64,000 bases of DNA, taken from positions 7,579-71,578 of the forward strand of contig DKSK01000012.1 of assembly GCA_002472565.1 (NCBI GenBank), in the 5' to 3' direction. Position 1 is the first letter of the stretch; every line of letters begins with the position of its first letter. The stretch comes from Bacteroidales bacterium UBA7258. GTDB lineage: Bacteria > Bacteroidota > Bacteroidia > Bacteroidales > UBA932. Below are positions 30,678 to 40,226 of the stretch, one piece after another. Position numbers and translations under genes: made by a program. The notes below the pieces were generated by a model. That model searched no databases. It was given only the letters and a program-made list of their open reading frames with translations, and had not been told where the DNA came from.

Positions 30678-30860
30678 CTATTTAAAGCAGTTGAGCTCAG
30701 GACGGAAATGGTAGCCGGAGCGGGCCAGCTTTGCCTCCAGGTCGGCCCTGGCAACACCATAGTTGTCACATATCTCGTCGAGATCCTTGAAGATCTCGTC
30801 TCTCAGAAGGAAATTTATTGAACTGACAAGTATGTCAGGGTCATTCGGAAGATGGTCCAT
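30678..30860 (-). CDS. Small DUF4250-like protein
   Basis: LPNDPDILVSSINFLLRD…L…GY pattern; a TATATTTG box at 30900-30907 lies upstream. Confidence 0.7.
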   Translation of the reverse strand: MDHLPNDPDILVSSINFLLRDEIFKDLDEICDNYGVARADLEAKLARSGYHFRPELNCFK

Positions 30861-31047
30861 CGAGCCGGCCGGTCATTGTTAGAACAACCGGTCTTGTCGC
30901 AAATATAATAATATTCCCTTTCCCGCCAGGAGTTTTGCCTCTTCCCAAGGGGTGCATCGTCTTAAGGTCAATACCGTGGGCAACGTCTTAAGGATAGTTG
31001 TGTAGCGGATGCGATTGGAAGAAGTGTTTAAAATTTTGTTAAAAAAA

Positions 31048-31078
31048 TTTGTATCAATTGAAATTATGCCTATCTTTG
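31048..31078 (+). promoter_or_regulatory. Bacteroidetes sigma-A promoter of tRNA-Gly
   Basis: TTTG (31048-31051), a 19-nt spacer, then TATCTTTG (31071-31078). Confidence 0.8.
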
Positions 31079-31113
31079 CAATCCAATCTTCTGACAAAAT
31101 CAGGGGTTTTAAT

Positions 31114-31186
<73 letters not shown>

Positions 31187-31192
31187 CTAATG

Positions 31193-31219
31193 AGGACAGC
31201 CGAAAGGTTGTCCTTTTTT
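31193..31219 (+). terminator. Intrinsic terminator after tRNA-Gly
   Basis: AGGACAGCC-GAAA-GGTTGTCCT followed by a T run. Confidence 0.88.
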
Positions 31220-31226
31220 GTTTGTA

Positions 31227-31316
31227 TCATCGTATCCCCCGCACGCCAGAGACGGCGCCGGAGGATAAGACGATAACTTCATTACCTGATGAGATCTTCA
31301 CCAGATGTCTCATCAT
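31227..31316 (-). pseudogene. Possible glutamate 5-kinase (ProB)-like gene fragment
   Basis: 29-codon ORF MMRHLVKISSGNEVIVLSSGAVSGVRGIR resembles the ProB segment G-x-E-V-I-L-V-S-S-G-A-V; judged by eye only. Confidence 0.3.
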
Positions 31317-31442
31317 ATTTTCAGGCCCTTGACAACGGCGGCGGAGAAGCCGGCTTCTTCCATGGCGTTCAGCCGCTTTTCGTCCACGAACTCTTCTTTG
31401 CCCAGGGATGCGAAGAGAGTATTGACTTTCTCCTCTTTTATG

Positions 31443-32477
31443 TCAGATTTCGTGGCACCAGAGGTGGGTGTCGGGGAGTTCTCCGAACTGAATGCCGGTG
31501 ATCTGTTTGTAGAGCCGCTGACAGACCGCTCCCACCTCGCCATGGTCGAAGAACTTATAAGAGGCTGAAACCTCAGGTTCCTCAAGCACAGGCTTTAGGT
31601 CAATATGCGACATCGGGGTAATAACGACTGCTGTTCCGCAGGCGGCCGCCTCGTCGAATTCGGAAAGTTCCCCTACAGGGATCTTTCTCTTTTCAACCTC
31701 CATGCCGAAGTCTTTGGCAACCTGCTGGAGAGACTTGTTCGTGATAGAAAGAAGCACGCTGTCCGAAAGCGGAGTGATGTACTTGTTCCCCTTGATGGCG
31801 AAGAAGTTGGACGAGCCGAACTCATCTATATACTCCCTGGTCTGGGAATTGAGGTACAGGAGCTCGGTGTAGCCTTGTTCATGGGCTATCTTGTAAGGCT
31901 TGAAGGTGGAGGCATAGTTGGCCCCGATCTTATAGCTTCCAGAACCCTTCGGAGCCGCGCGATCGTAATTTCCCGGTATGACGGCGGAGAAAGACTTCAG
32001 ATGCTCGCCATAGTATGAGCCGGCCGGAGCGCACATCACGGCGAAGATGGCCTCAGGATAAGGGACGAGCTGCATCTGCGGGTGCATGCCCATAAGGAGA
32101 GGGCGGAGATACATTGAAGCCTGATGGCCGTAAGGAGGCAGGAATTCAAGGTTGTTCAGTACACACTCTTTACACATCTCTATGAACATCTCTTTCCTGG
32201 GAACCGGGAGGCCCAGGTAGGCGGCTGTCCTCTGGAGCCTCGCGGCGTTCTCGTCCGGACGGAACATCACTTTCCGCCCGTCTTTCTGGGTGAAGGCTTT
32301 CAGTCCCTCGAAGCAGGAGATGGCATAATGGAACACCTGCGCGAAGGGGTCGAAGGTGAAGGAGAAGGTCTCTGTCTTTTCAACAGGAGACCATTTTCCG
32401 TCTTTGTAATGGGAAAAGATGACTGTTCTTGTCCTGTAGGCGTCAAAACCCAATTTGTCCCAATCGATTTCTTTCAT
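31443..32477 (-). CDS. ilvE: Branched-chain amino acid aminotransferase
   Basis: FHYAISCFEGLKA, FRPDENAARL, LYLRP, KIGANYA, EFGSSNFF and EAAACGTAVVITP. Confidence 0.95.
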   Translation of the reverse strand: MKEIDWDKLGFDAYRTRTVIFSHYKDGKWSPVEKTETFSFTFDPFAQVFHYAISCFEGLKAFTQKDGRKVMFRPDENAARLQRTAAYLGLPVPRKEMFIEMCKECVLNNLEFLPPYGHQASMYLRPLLMGMHPQMQLVPYPEAIFAVMCAPAGSYYGEHLKSFSAVIPGNYDRAAPKGSGSYKIGANYASTFKPYKIAHEQGYTELLYLNSQTREYIDEFGSSNFFAIKGNKYITPLSDSVLLSITNKSLQQVAKDFGMEVEKRKIPVGELSEFDEAAACGTAVVITPMSHIDLKPVLEEPEVSASYKFFDHGEVGAVCQRLYKQITGIQFGELPDTHLWCHEI

Positions 32478-32498
32478 GATGATAATTTGTTAAGTTCT

Positions 32499-33560
32499 TT
32501 AGATATGCTTCGCGACCCAGTCTCCGACCTCGGAGGTGGAATAGGCCCGCTCTCCCTCCCTGGCGAGGTCTTCGGTTACGACCCCTGCCTCGATGGAGGC
32601 GCTCACGGCCTTGCGTATGGCTTCTCCTTCCTTCATGAGCCCGAAGGAATATTCGAACATCATGGCGGCGGAGAGTATGGCCGCCAGAGGATTGGCTATG
32701 TTCTTGCCGGCGGCCTGGGGATAGGAGCCGTGGATAGGTTCGAAGAGGGAGGTGTGTTCGCCGATGGAGGCGGAAGCGAGAAGCCCCATGGAGCCTGAAA
32801 TGCAGCTGGCCTCGTCGGTCAGAATGTCCCCGAAGGTGTTCTCGGTCACGATGACGTCGAAGAACTTAGGGCAGCGGATGAGCTGCATGGAGGCATTGTC
32901 CACATACATGTAGTCGGTCTTCACGTCAGGATATGAAGCTTCCATCTCCTGGGCGGCCTGCCTCCACAGACGGGAGGTTTCGAGGACGTTGGCCTTGTCC
33001 ACGACGGTCAGATGATGACGGCGGCGTCCGGAATATTCAAAAGCCAGTTTGAGGATACGTTCGATTTCATAGCGATGGTAGACGTTGGTGTCGAAGGCCG
33101 TATCTCCATTGTCACGGCGGCCCTTCTCTCCGAAGTACATTCCTCCTGTAAGTTCCCTAATGCAGACGAAATCGGCCCCTCGGACAAGTTCTTCTTTGAG
33201 CGGGGACTTGTACAGAAGGGACTCGAAGGTCTCCACCGGACGGATGTTGGCATAGAGGCCGAGTCTCTTCCGGATGGCGAGGAGGCCCTGCTCCGGACGA
33301 ACCTTCGAGGCAGGGTCGTTGTCGTATTTCGGATCCCCCACGGCGCCGAAGAGCACGGCATCAGAATCCATGCATATCCTATGGCTCTCTTCTGGGTAAG
33401 CATCGCCATATCTGTCTATCGCGCAGGCCCCTACATAGGCGAGAGTGTATTCGGCGCTGTGGCCGAATTTCGCGCAGACGGCATTCACAGCCTTGACCGC
33501 CTCTCTGACAACTTCGGGACCTATTCCGTCCCCCGGTACTTTTGCTATTCTGAGTTTCAT
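32499..33560 (-). CDS. leuB: 3-isopropylmalate dehydrogenase
   Basis: [42 protein letters not shown] and EPIHGSYP. Confidence 0.97.
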   Translation of the reverse strand: MKLRIAKVPGDGIGPEVVREAVKAVNAVCAKFGHSAEYTLAYVGACAIDRYGDAYPEESHRICMDSDAVLFGAVGDPKYDNDPASKVRPEQGLLAIRKRLGLYANIRPVETFESLLYKSPLKEELVRGADFVCIRELTGGMYFGEKGRRDNGDTAFDTNVYHRYEIERILKLAFEYSGRRRHHLTVVDKANVLETSRLWRQAAQEMEASYPDVKTDYMYVDNASMQLIRCPKFFDVIVTENTFGDILTDEASCISGSMGLLASASIGEHTSLFEPIHGSYPQAAGKNIANPLAAILSAAMMFEYSFGLMKEGEAIRKAVSASIEAGVVTEDLAREGERAYSTSEVGDWVAKHI

Positions 33561-35098
33561 AGCTTGATGATAGTAGAATTTTCAATAAGGTTCAACATTT
33601 TAATGGTGGCCTTTATCGCCGCCTCAGTCTGGTCGGAATCCACCCCGCGGGTCTTGAAATGACACCCGTCATAGTCCCATGTAATCGTGGTGACGACCAA
33701 GGCGTCGGTCTTCCCCCCGGGAGGTATGTTGACATGGTAATCGCTCAGCAGAGGATGGGTCTTCCCCAGCTCTCCATAGATTTTCCACAGGGCCTTCATG
33801 AAGGCGTCATATTGGCCGTCTCCCTGGGCCGTATCTTCGTATTCTTTTCCTAAGATATTGATTCTCAGGGTAGCTACCGGTCTCATGCCCCTAGCCAGCT
33901 GGAGACTGTAATTGACGATATGGATATTCTCATGCTGGGCTTCCCCTCCTTTGAGGACATCGGCTATGATGAATGGCAGGTCTTCTGCGCTCATGCTCTC
34001 CTTCTTGTCGCCCAGTTCTACGACCCTGTCCGTCACCAGCTTCATCTGCTCAGGAGTCAGGCTGATTCCAAGCTGCTCCAGGTTCTGGACGATGTTCGCC
34101 TTGCCGCTGGTCTTCCCGAGGGCATACTGCCTCGTCCTCCCGAACCTTTCCGGGATGAGCGCGTTCTGATAGAGGCCGGCCTTCTTGTCTCCGTCGGCAT
34201 GGACCCCGCTGGTCTGGGTGAATACGGATTCCCCGACGATCGGCTTGTTCTCCGGAATCCTGATTCCCGAGATTGTTTCGACATAGCGGCACACATGCAT
34301 CAATCTCTTTTCATCCATGGAGTTACGAACATGGAGCTGGTCATTCAGCACCCCTATGACGCTGGAGACAGGGACGTTCCCTGTCCGCTCCCCGAGACCG
34401 TTGACACTCACATGAAGCCCCTTGATTCCGGCCTTCACTGCCTCGTAGACGTTCGCTGTAGCGAGGTCATAATCATTGTGGGCGTGGAAGTCGAATTTCA
34501 GTCCGGGATAACGGGAAATCATCTCCGAGCAGAGTCCGAAAGTCTGGTCAGGATTCAGGATGCCGAGAGTGTCGGGGAGCATGAAGCGGCGGATCCCTTT
34601 ATTTTTCAGCGAGTCGATGAGGAACCAGATGTAATCCTTCGAGGAGAGCATTCCGTTGGACCAGTCCTCGAGATAAAGATTCACGTCAAGACCCTTCTCC
34701 AAGGCAAGGCGGATATTCTCCGAAATGTCGTTCAGATGCTCCTGCGGAGTCTTCCGCAGCTGCCCCTCAAGATGTTTGAGAGAGCCCTTGGCCAGCAAGT
34801 TCAGTACTTTTCCGCCGCAGGAAGCGATCCAGTCGACGGAGAGCCCCTTGTCCACGAAGCCCAGCACCTCGACCTGAGGCAGGTGCCCTGAGGAAGAGGC
34901 CCAGGCGCAGATTTTCGAGAAGGCCTGTTTTTCGCCCTCCGAAACCCTGGCTGAACCGACCTCTATTCTGTCCACCTTCAGCTCTTCGAGGAGCATTCGG
35001 GAAATCGCGAGCTTTTCGTTTCCGTTGAAAGAAACTCCGGCCGTCTGCTCCCCGTCGCGCAGGGTGGTATCCATTATCTCTATGTATCTCTCACTCAT
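33557..35098 (-). CDS. cimA: (R)-citramalate synthase (Leptospira/Bacteroidetes CimA type)
   Basis: [32 protein letters not shown] and HAHNDY match CimA rather than LeuA. ATG 35098 overlaps the leuD stop. Confidence 0.85.
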   Translation of the reverse strand: MSERYIEIMDTTLRDGEQTAGVSFNGNEKLAISRMLLEELKVDRIEVGSARVSEGEKQAFSKICAWASSSGHLPQVEVLGFVDKGLSVDWIASCGGKVLNLLAKGSLKHLEGQLRKTPQEHLNDISENIRLALEKGLDVNLYLEDWSNGMLSSKDYIWFLIDSLKNKGIRRFMLPDTLGILNPDQTFGLCSEMISRYPGLKFDFHAHNDYDLATANVYEAVKAGIKGLHVSVNGLGERTGNVPVSSVIGVLNDQLHVRNSMDEKRLMHVCRYVETISGIRIPENKPIVGESVFTQTSGVHADGDKKAGLYQNALIPERFGRTRQYALGKTSGKANIVQNLEQLGISLTPEQMKLVTDRVVELGDKKESMSAEDLPFIIADVLKGGEAQHENIHIVNYSLQLARGMRPVATLRINILGKEYEDTAQGDGQYDAFMKALWKIYGELGKTHPLLSDYHVNIPPGGKTDALVVTTITWDYDGCHFKTRGVDSDQTEAAIKATIKMLNLIENSTIIKL

Positions 35099-35687
35099 GG
35101 GCTCTCTCATAATCCTCGATGTCCTTCCTGTGGCTCAGCAGGTAGTCGATGTCGTCCAGGCCCTCCATAAGACAGTACTTCTTGTAGGGGTTTATCTCGA
35201 AGCTTTCCGACTTCCCGGTCTTGAGATTGCTTACCTTCTGGCCTGGCAGGTCGATGCGGACCCTCTCTCCGTGGTCGGCGCCGATGCTGTCGAAGAGTTC
35301 TTTGAGAAAGGCCTCGCTGACCGTCACCGGAAGCACGAAATTATTCAGCTCGTTGTTTTTGTGGATGTCGGCGAAGGCGCTGGAAATCACTGCCCGGAAG
35401 CCGTAACCTGCTATGGCCCAGGCGGCATGTTCACGGCTGGAGCCACTTCCGAAATTTTTCCCGGCAACCAGGATGCAGCCTCCGTATGAAGGGTCGTTCA
35501 GTACGAAATCCTTGTTGAGGCTCCCGTCGGGGCGGTATCTCCAATCCCTGAAGAGATTCTCCCCGAAGTATTTCTCATCCCTTGTGGTGGCTTTGAGGAA
35601 CCTTGCCGGAATAATCTGGTCGGTGTCCACGTTCTCCAGAGGAAGCGGGACGCAGCTGCTTTCGATTATGTCGAATTTCTGTTTCAT
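35091..35687 (-). CDS. leuD: 3-isopropylmalate dehydratase small subunit
   Basis: NVDTDQIIPARFLK, NFGSGSSREHAAWA and FADI. Confidence 0.97.
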   Translation of the reverse strand: MKQKFDIIESSCVPLPLENVDTDQIIPARFLKATTRDEKYFGENLFRDWRYRPDGSLNKDFVLNDPSYGGCILVAGKNFGSGSSREHAAWAIAGYGFRAVISSAFADIHKNNELNNFVLPVTVSEAFLKELFDSIGADHGERVRIDLPGQKVSNLKTGKSESFEINPYKKYCLMEGLDDIDYLLSHRKDIEDYERAHE

Positions 35688-35694
35688 GGTGAGG

Positions 35695-37062
35695 TCAAAT
35701 TAAGGTTCTGGGATCTGTGACGCAGCCACTCACGGCCGCGGCCGCCGCAGTCAGAGGGGAGGCGAGCATCGTGCGTGCCCCCGGGCCCTGACGTCCTTCG
35801 AAATTGCGGTTGCTGGTCGAAACGGAGTATTTCCCGGCCGGGATCTTGTCGTCATTCATAGCGAGACAGGCGGAACAGCCGGGCTGGCGGATTTCGAAGC
35901 CAGCCTCGCCAAGGACCTTGTCGAGTCCCTCTGCCTTTATCTGTCTGAGGACTTCCCAGGATCCGGGGACCAGCCAGGCTGTTAGCCCTTCGGCCTTGTG
36001 CCTACCGGCGGCTATGGACGCGAAGGCTCTGAAGTCCTCGATTCTTCCGTTGGTGCAAGCCCCGAGAAAGACATAGTCAACCTTCTTGCCGAGCAGTTTC
36101 TCTCCTGCATGGAAACCCATGTAATCCAAGGACTTCGGGGCTGCTTCCGCGGGGATGGAGCCCGTGATTCCGATGCCCATGCCAGGATTGGTCCCATAGG
36201 TTATCATAGGCTCGATGTCTGAGGCGTCGAAGCTTATCTCCTTGTCGAAGACGGCGTCATCTCCGGATTTCAAAGTCTTCCAGCGGGCCACGGCCTTCTC
36301 CCAGTCCCCGTCTTTGGGTGCATAGTCTCTGCCCTTGAGGTATTCGAAGGTTTTCTCGTCGGGAGCGATGAAGCCTCCCCTTGCTCCCATCTCGATGGAG
36401 AGGTTGCACAGGGTGAGCCTTCCCTCCATGGACATGTCTCTGACCACGGAACCGGCATATTCGACGAAATAGCCAGTGGCTCCGGAGGTAGAGATCCTCT
36501 TCATGATATAGAGGGCTACGTCCTTCGGGGTCACGCCTTTTCCAAGCCTGCCTTCCACCCGGATTCTCATGGACTTAGGTTTCTGCTGGAGGATGCATTG
36601 CGAAGCCATCACCATCTCCGCCTCGCTTGTCCCAATTCCGAAGGCGACGGCGCCTACGGCCCCGTGGGTGGATGTGTGCGAATCTCCGCAGACTATCGTC
36701 ATACCTGGGAGCGAAAGCCCTTTCTCGGGTCCTACGACATGGATGATTCCGTTGCGTGGATCCATCATTCCGAAATAGCTCAGGCCGAATTCCTTCGCGT
36801 TTTTCTCCAACGTCTCTACCTGGTGGCGGCCGACAGGATCGGCGATCGGCTTGTCCTGGTCATGGGTAGGGGTGTTGTGGTCCGGCATGCAGAAAATCTT
36901 TTCCGGCCGGAGGCAGCGTATCCCTCTCCGTCTCAAGCCTTCGAAGGCCTGGGGAGTAGTGACTTCATGGCAGTAGAGCCTGTCGATGTACAGCTGTGTG
37001 GTGCCGCCGTCAAGCATTGAAACGACGTGCGAATCCCAGATCTTGTCGAATAAGGTATTCAC
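35695..37062 (-). CDS. leuC: 3-isopropylmalate dehydratase large subunit
   Basis: [49 protein letters not shown] and [12 protein letters not shown]; GTG start. Confidence 0.97.
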   Translation of the reverse strand: MNTLFDKIWDSHVVSMLDGGTTQLYIDRLYCHEVTTPQAFEGLRRRGIRCLRPEKIFCMPDHNTPTHDQDKPIADPVGRHQVETLEKNAKEFGLSYFGMMDPRNGIIHVVGPEKGLSLPGMTIVCGDSHTSTHGAVGAVAFGIGTSEAEMVMASQCILQQKPKSMRIRVEGRLGKGVTPKDVALYIMKRISTSGATGYFVEYAGSVVRDMSMEGRLTLCNLSIEMGARGGFIAPDEKTFEYLKGRDYAPKDGDWEKAVARWKTLKSGDDAVFDKEISFDASDIEPMITYGTNPGMGIGITGSIPAEAAPKSLDYMGFHAGEKLLGKKVDYVFLGACTNGRIEDFRAFASIAAGRHKAEGLTAWLVPGSWEVLRQIKAEGLDKVLGEAGFEIRQPGCSACLAMNDDKIPAGKYSVSTSNRNFEGRQGPGARTMLASPLTAAAAAVSGCVTDPRTLI

Positions 37063-37080
37063 TTGGACTTGGACTTAGAA

Positions 37081-38133
37081 TTATCTCTTTTCCTGTTTCT
37101 CTGGACGCAGAGCCCTAACCTCGGCTCCGGTCCTCCACATCTCGCTGTTGCGGAGAGCCTCAAGCTCCTTGTTGAGGCCTTCGCGGTAGCCGGGCTTGGA
37201 ATTCGAGTCGATTGAAATCTGAGCCTCGTTTCCGCTCTCCACAGACTGGTAAAGTTTTTCGAAGACCGGCTTCGTGGCGTCATGGAAAGGTCCCATCCAG
37301 TCGAGGGCTCCGCGCTGTGCGGTGGTCGAGCAGTTGGCGTACATCCAGTCCATGCCCTTGTCCGCGAAGAGAGGCATCAGAGACTGGGTCAGTTCCTCGA
37401 CGGTCTCGTTGAAGGCCTCGGAAGGAGTGTGTCCATGCTCCCTGAGCGTCTCGTACTGGGCCAGGAGCATGCCCTGGATGGCTCCCATCAGAGTTCCGCG
37501 CTCCCCGGTGAGGTCGGAGTAGACCTCTCTCTTGAAATCGGTTTCGAAGAGATATCCCGAGCCGATTCCGATTCCGAGGGCGAGGGTGCGTTCGAGAGCC
37601 CTGCCCGTGGCGTCATGATAGACGGCGAATGAAGAATTGACTCCGCGTCCCTCGACGAAGAGAGATCTGAGGGAAGTCCCCGAGCCCTTGGGAGCCACCA
37701 TTATGACATCCACGTCCGCCGGAGGCACGACCCCGGTCCTGTCCTTGTAAGTGATGGCGAAGCCGTGGGAGAAGTAGAGGGCCTTTCCCGGGGTGAGATG
37801 CTTCTTCACCAGAGGCCACTGCTGGATCTGAGCGGCGTCAGAAATGAGATACTCTATGATCGTAGCCCTTTTGCAGGCCTCCTCGATGCTGAAAAGAGTC
37901 TCACCCGGCACCCAGCCGTCTTTCACAGCCTTGTCATAAGATTTCCCTTCGCGCTGGCCTATGATGACCTTGAAACCGTTGTCTCTGAGGTTCAGCCCCT
38001 GTCCTGGACCCTGGATTCCATAGCCGATAATTGCGATGGTCTCGTCCTTGAGAACTTCACGCGCGTGTTCGAGAGTGAATTCTTCGCGGGTCACTACATT
38101 TTCTTCGACTCCGCCGAAACTGATCTTTGCCAT
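37081..38133 (-). CDS. ilvC: Ketol-acid reductoisomerase
   Basis: IGYGIQGPGQGLNLRDNG, FSHGF, APKGSG and SDLTGERGTLMG. Confidence 0.97.
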   Translation of the reverse strand: MAKISFGGVEENVVTREEFTLEHAREVLKDETIAIIGYGIQGPGQGLNLRDNGFKVIIGQREGKSYDKAVKDGWVPGETLFSIEEACKRATIIEYLISDAAQIQQWPLVKKHLTPGKALYFSHGFAITYKDRTGVVPPADVDVIMVAPKGSGTSLRSLFVEGRGVNSSFAVYHDATGRALERTLALGIGIGSGYLFETDFKREVYSDLTGERGTLMGAIQGMLLAQYETLREHGHTPSEAFNETVEELTQSLMPLFADKGMDWMYANCSTTAQRGALDWMGPFHDATKPVFEKLYQSVESGNEAQISIDSNSKPGYREGLNKELEALRNSEMWRTGAEVRALRPEKQEKR

Positions 38134-38144
38134 AATGAAATGCT

Positions 38145-38507
38145 TTATCTGTTGTTGTTTAAATAATTCTGTTTTTCTTCGGTCCTCTCTCGGATGAAGT
38201 CCTTGACCTTCTCCTCTGAGAGCTTGTAGATGCTCTCTTCCGGCGAAGCAATCAGGTCGCCCGGATAGAAAAAGGCCTTGACCACGTCAATTTTGCTCTC
38301 CAGGTGGAGCACCGCATTGCGGATGCTTCTTTCCTCCCCATCGGTCACTATGGTCAGGTAGTGTATCCCCTGGAGGTCCGTCGGGAGGGCCATAAGGCTC
38401 CAGATGCTGAGACCGCGCCTTGTGAAAATATTTGAGAACTGAGAGAGCAGTCCTATCTGGTTTTCGGTGTAGATGATGACCGAATACCTCTTGCACTCAC
38501 TTGCCAT
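38145..38507 (-). CDS. ilvN: Acetolactate synthase small (regulatory, ACT) subunit
   Basis: YTENQIGLLSQFSNIFTRRGLSI ACT motif; located between ilvB and ilvC; only 120 aa. Confidence 0.85.
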   Translation of the reverse strand: MASECKRYSVIIYTENQIGLLSQFSNIFTRRGLSIWSLMALPTDLQGIHYLTIVTDGEERSIRNAVLHLESKIDVVKAFFYPGDLIASPEESIYKLSEEKVKDFIRERTEEKQNYLNNNR

Positions 38508-40224
38508 AGCCGTACATTTCTTTTCCGTTCAACATTATCTCGGTGATAGGCTTTCCCGGCGCCACCATAGGCATGACGTCATCCTCTTCATCGACATGAA
38601 TATCAAGGATCGCCGGGGCGTCATCGCTCAGCGCCGCCTCCACCTCCCCCGCAAGGGCCTCCCTTTCCGAAACCACAGAACAGCGTATGCCATAGGCCGA
38701 AGCTATGCCTGCATAGTCTGGATTGAGCATCCTTGTTTGGGAATATCTCTTCTTGAAGAAGAGTTCCTGCCACTGGCGGACGTTACCGAGCCAGTTGTTG
38801 TTGAGGATGAAGATCTTGACCCCCGCCTTCTCCTGCATTATGGTGCCGAGTTCCTCTATCGTCATCTGGATCCCTCCGTCTCCGACGAAGAGGCAGACTC
38901 TTCTTTCGGGGGCTCCGATCTTGGCCCCTATTGCCGCAGGGAGGCCGAAGCCCATGGTCCCGAGGCCGCCGGAAGAGATGAAACTCCGTCCCTCCATGAA
39001 TCTGGAATATCTTGCGGCTATCATCTGGTTCTGTCCGACATCTGTCACGATGAGAGCCTTTCCATGGGAGGCCTCTGCCACCGCGTCAACGACTTCGCCC
39101 ATCTTGATGAAGCCCTCATGGGGATGGACCTGGGGATCGATGACCTTCTCCTGCTCGACCTTGCGGCAGGCCTTGAAACTCTCTATCCATTCTTTATGTT
39201 CATGCCTTGCAATTCTCCCCGTCAGTTCCCTGAGGACCGTCTTGGCATCCCCCACGATGCCCACGTCCACCGGGATGATCTTTCCGACTTCGCAGGGGTC
39301 TATGTCGATGTGGATTATCTTCGCCTGCTTCGCATAGGTGGAGACGGTCCCGGTCACCCTGTCGTCGAATCTCATTCCTACAGCCACGAGCACATCACAT
39401 TCGTTGGTCTTGATGTTCGGAGCTATGCAGCCGTGCATTCCTATCATTCCCATGAAAAGCGGATCGTCAGAAGCCAGGGCGCTCAGGCCTAGGAGAGTCG
39501 AACCGGCCGGGATGCCGCCTTTGTGCAGAAAATCCCTGAGTTCTTCTTCCGCCCCACCGAGGGTCACCCCCTGGCCGAAAACCACGAAGGGCCTTTCAGC
39601 CTGGTTTAGCAACATCGCCGCCTCCGCTATCGACTCGTCCGAGGGCTTAGGGCAGGGAATATAGCTCCGGATGAAGCCACATTCCTTGAATTGGAAGTCG
39701 ACCATGCCGTTCTGCGCATCCTTGGTCACATCCAGCACCACAGGCCCAGGGCGGCCGCTTCTGGCTATGAAGAAGGCCCTCGAAACCGCCCAAGCCATAT
39801 CCTTCGCGTCCCGGACCTGATAGTTCCACTTCGTGATGGAACCGGTCATGCCGATGAGGTCTGCCTCCTGGAAGGCGTCCGTGCCCAAGGCGGAGTTGGA
39901 CACCTGGCCGGCGATTACCACGACGGGGGTAGAATCCACCTTCGCATCCATGATGCCGGTTATCACATTCGTAGCTCCGGGACCCGATGTCACCAGCACG
40001 ACTCCTGTCTTTCCTGTAGCCCTCGCATAGCCCTGGGCCGCATGTATGGCTCCTTGTTCATGGCGGACCAGGATGTGGCGCAGCCTGTCTTTGAAGTCAA
40101 AGAGTTTGTCGTAGACGGGCATTATCTGTCCCCCCGGGTAGCCGAAGACGGTGTCCACCCCCTCGAATGCGAGGCAGCGGAGAAGGGCTTCTGAACCATT
40201 TATTCTATCCTTTTCCATATCCAT
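38497..40224 (-). CDS. ilvB: Acetolactate synthase large subunit
   Basis: FGYPGG, RHEQGA, TSGPGATN, DAFQE, and the TPP motif GDGGIQM…NNNWLG. Confidence 0.97.
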   Translation of the reverse strand: MDMEKDRINGSEALLRCLAFEGVDTVFGYPGGQIMPVYDKLFDFKDRLRHILVRHEQGAIHAAQGYARATGKTGVVLVTSGPGATNVITGIMDAKVDSTPVVVIAGQVSNSALGTDAFQEADLIGMTGSITKWNYQVRDAKDMAWAVSRAFFIARSGRPGPVVLDVTKDAQNGMVDFQFKECGFIRSYIPCPKPSDESIAEAAMLLNQAERPFVVFGQGVTLGGAEEELRDFLHKGGIPAGSTLLGLSALASDDPLFMGMIGMHGCIAPNIKTNECDVLVAVGMRFDDRVTGTVSTYAKQAKIIHIDIDPCEVGKIIPVDVGIVGDAKTVLRELTGRIARHEHKEWIESFKACRKVEQEKVIDPQVHPHEGFIKMGEVVDAVAEASHGKALIVTDVGQNQMIAARYSRFMEGRSFISSGGLGTMGFGLPAAIGAKIGAPERRVCLFVGDGGIQMTIEELGTIMQEKAGVKIFILNNNWLGNVRQWQELFFKKRYSQTRMLNPDYAGIASAYGIRCSVVSEREALAGEVEAALSDDAPAILDIHVDEEDDVMPMVAPGKPITEIMLNGKEMYGYGK

Positions 40225-40226
40225 GC

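Noticed and set aside
31313-31585. 90-aa minus-strand ORF as an intact gene
   Set aside because: Its first half overlaps ilvE out of frame; only the distal part is kept as a possible relic.
37063-37080. AAGTCC short tandem repeat before leuC as a phase-variation site
   Set aside because: Only about 2.5 units in a non-coding spacer; too short to argue for slippage.
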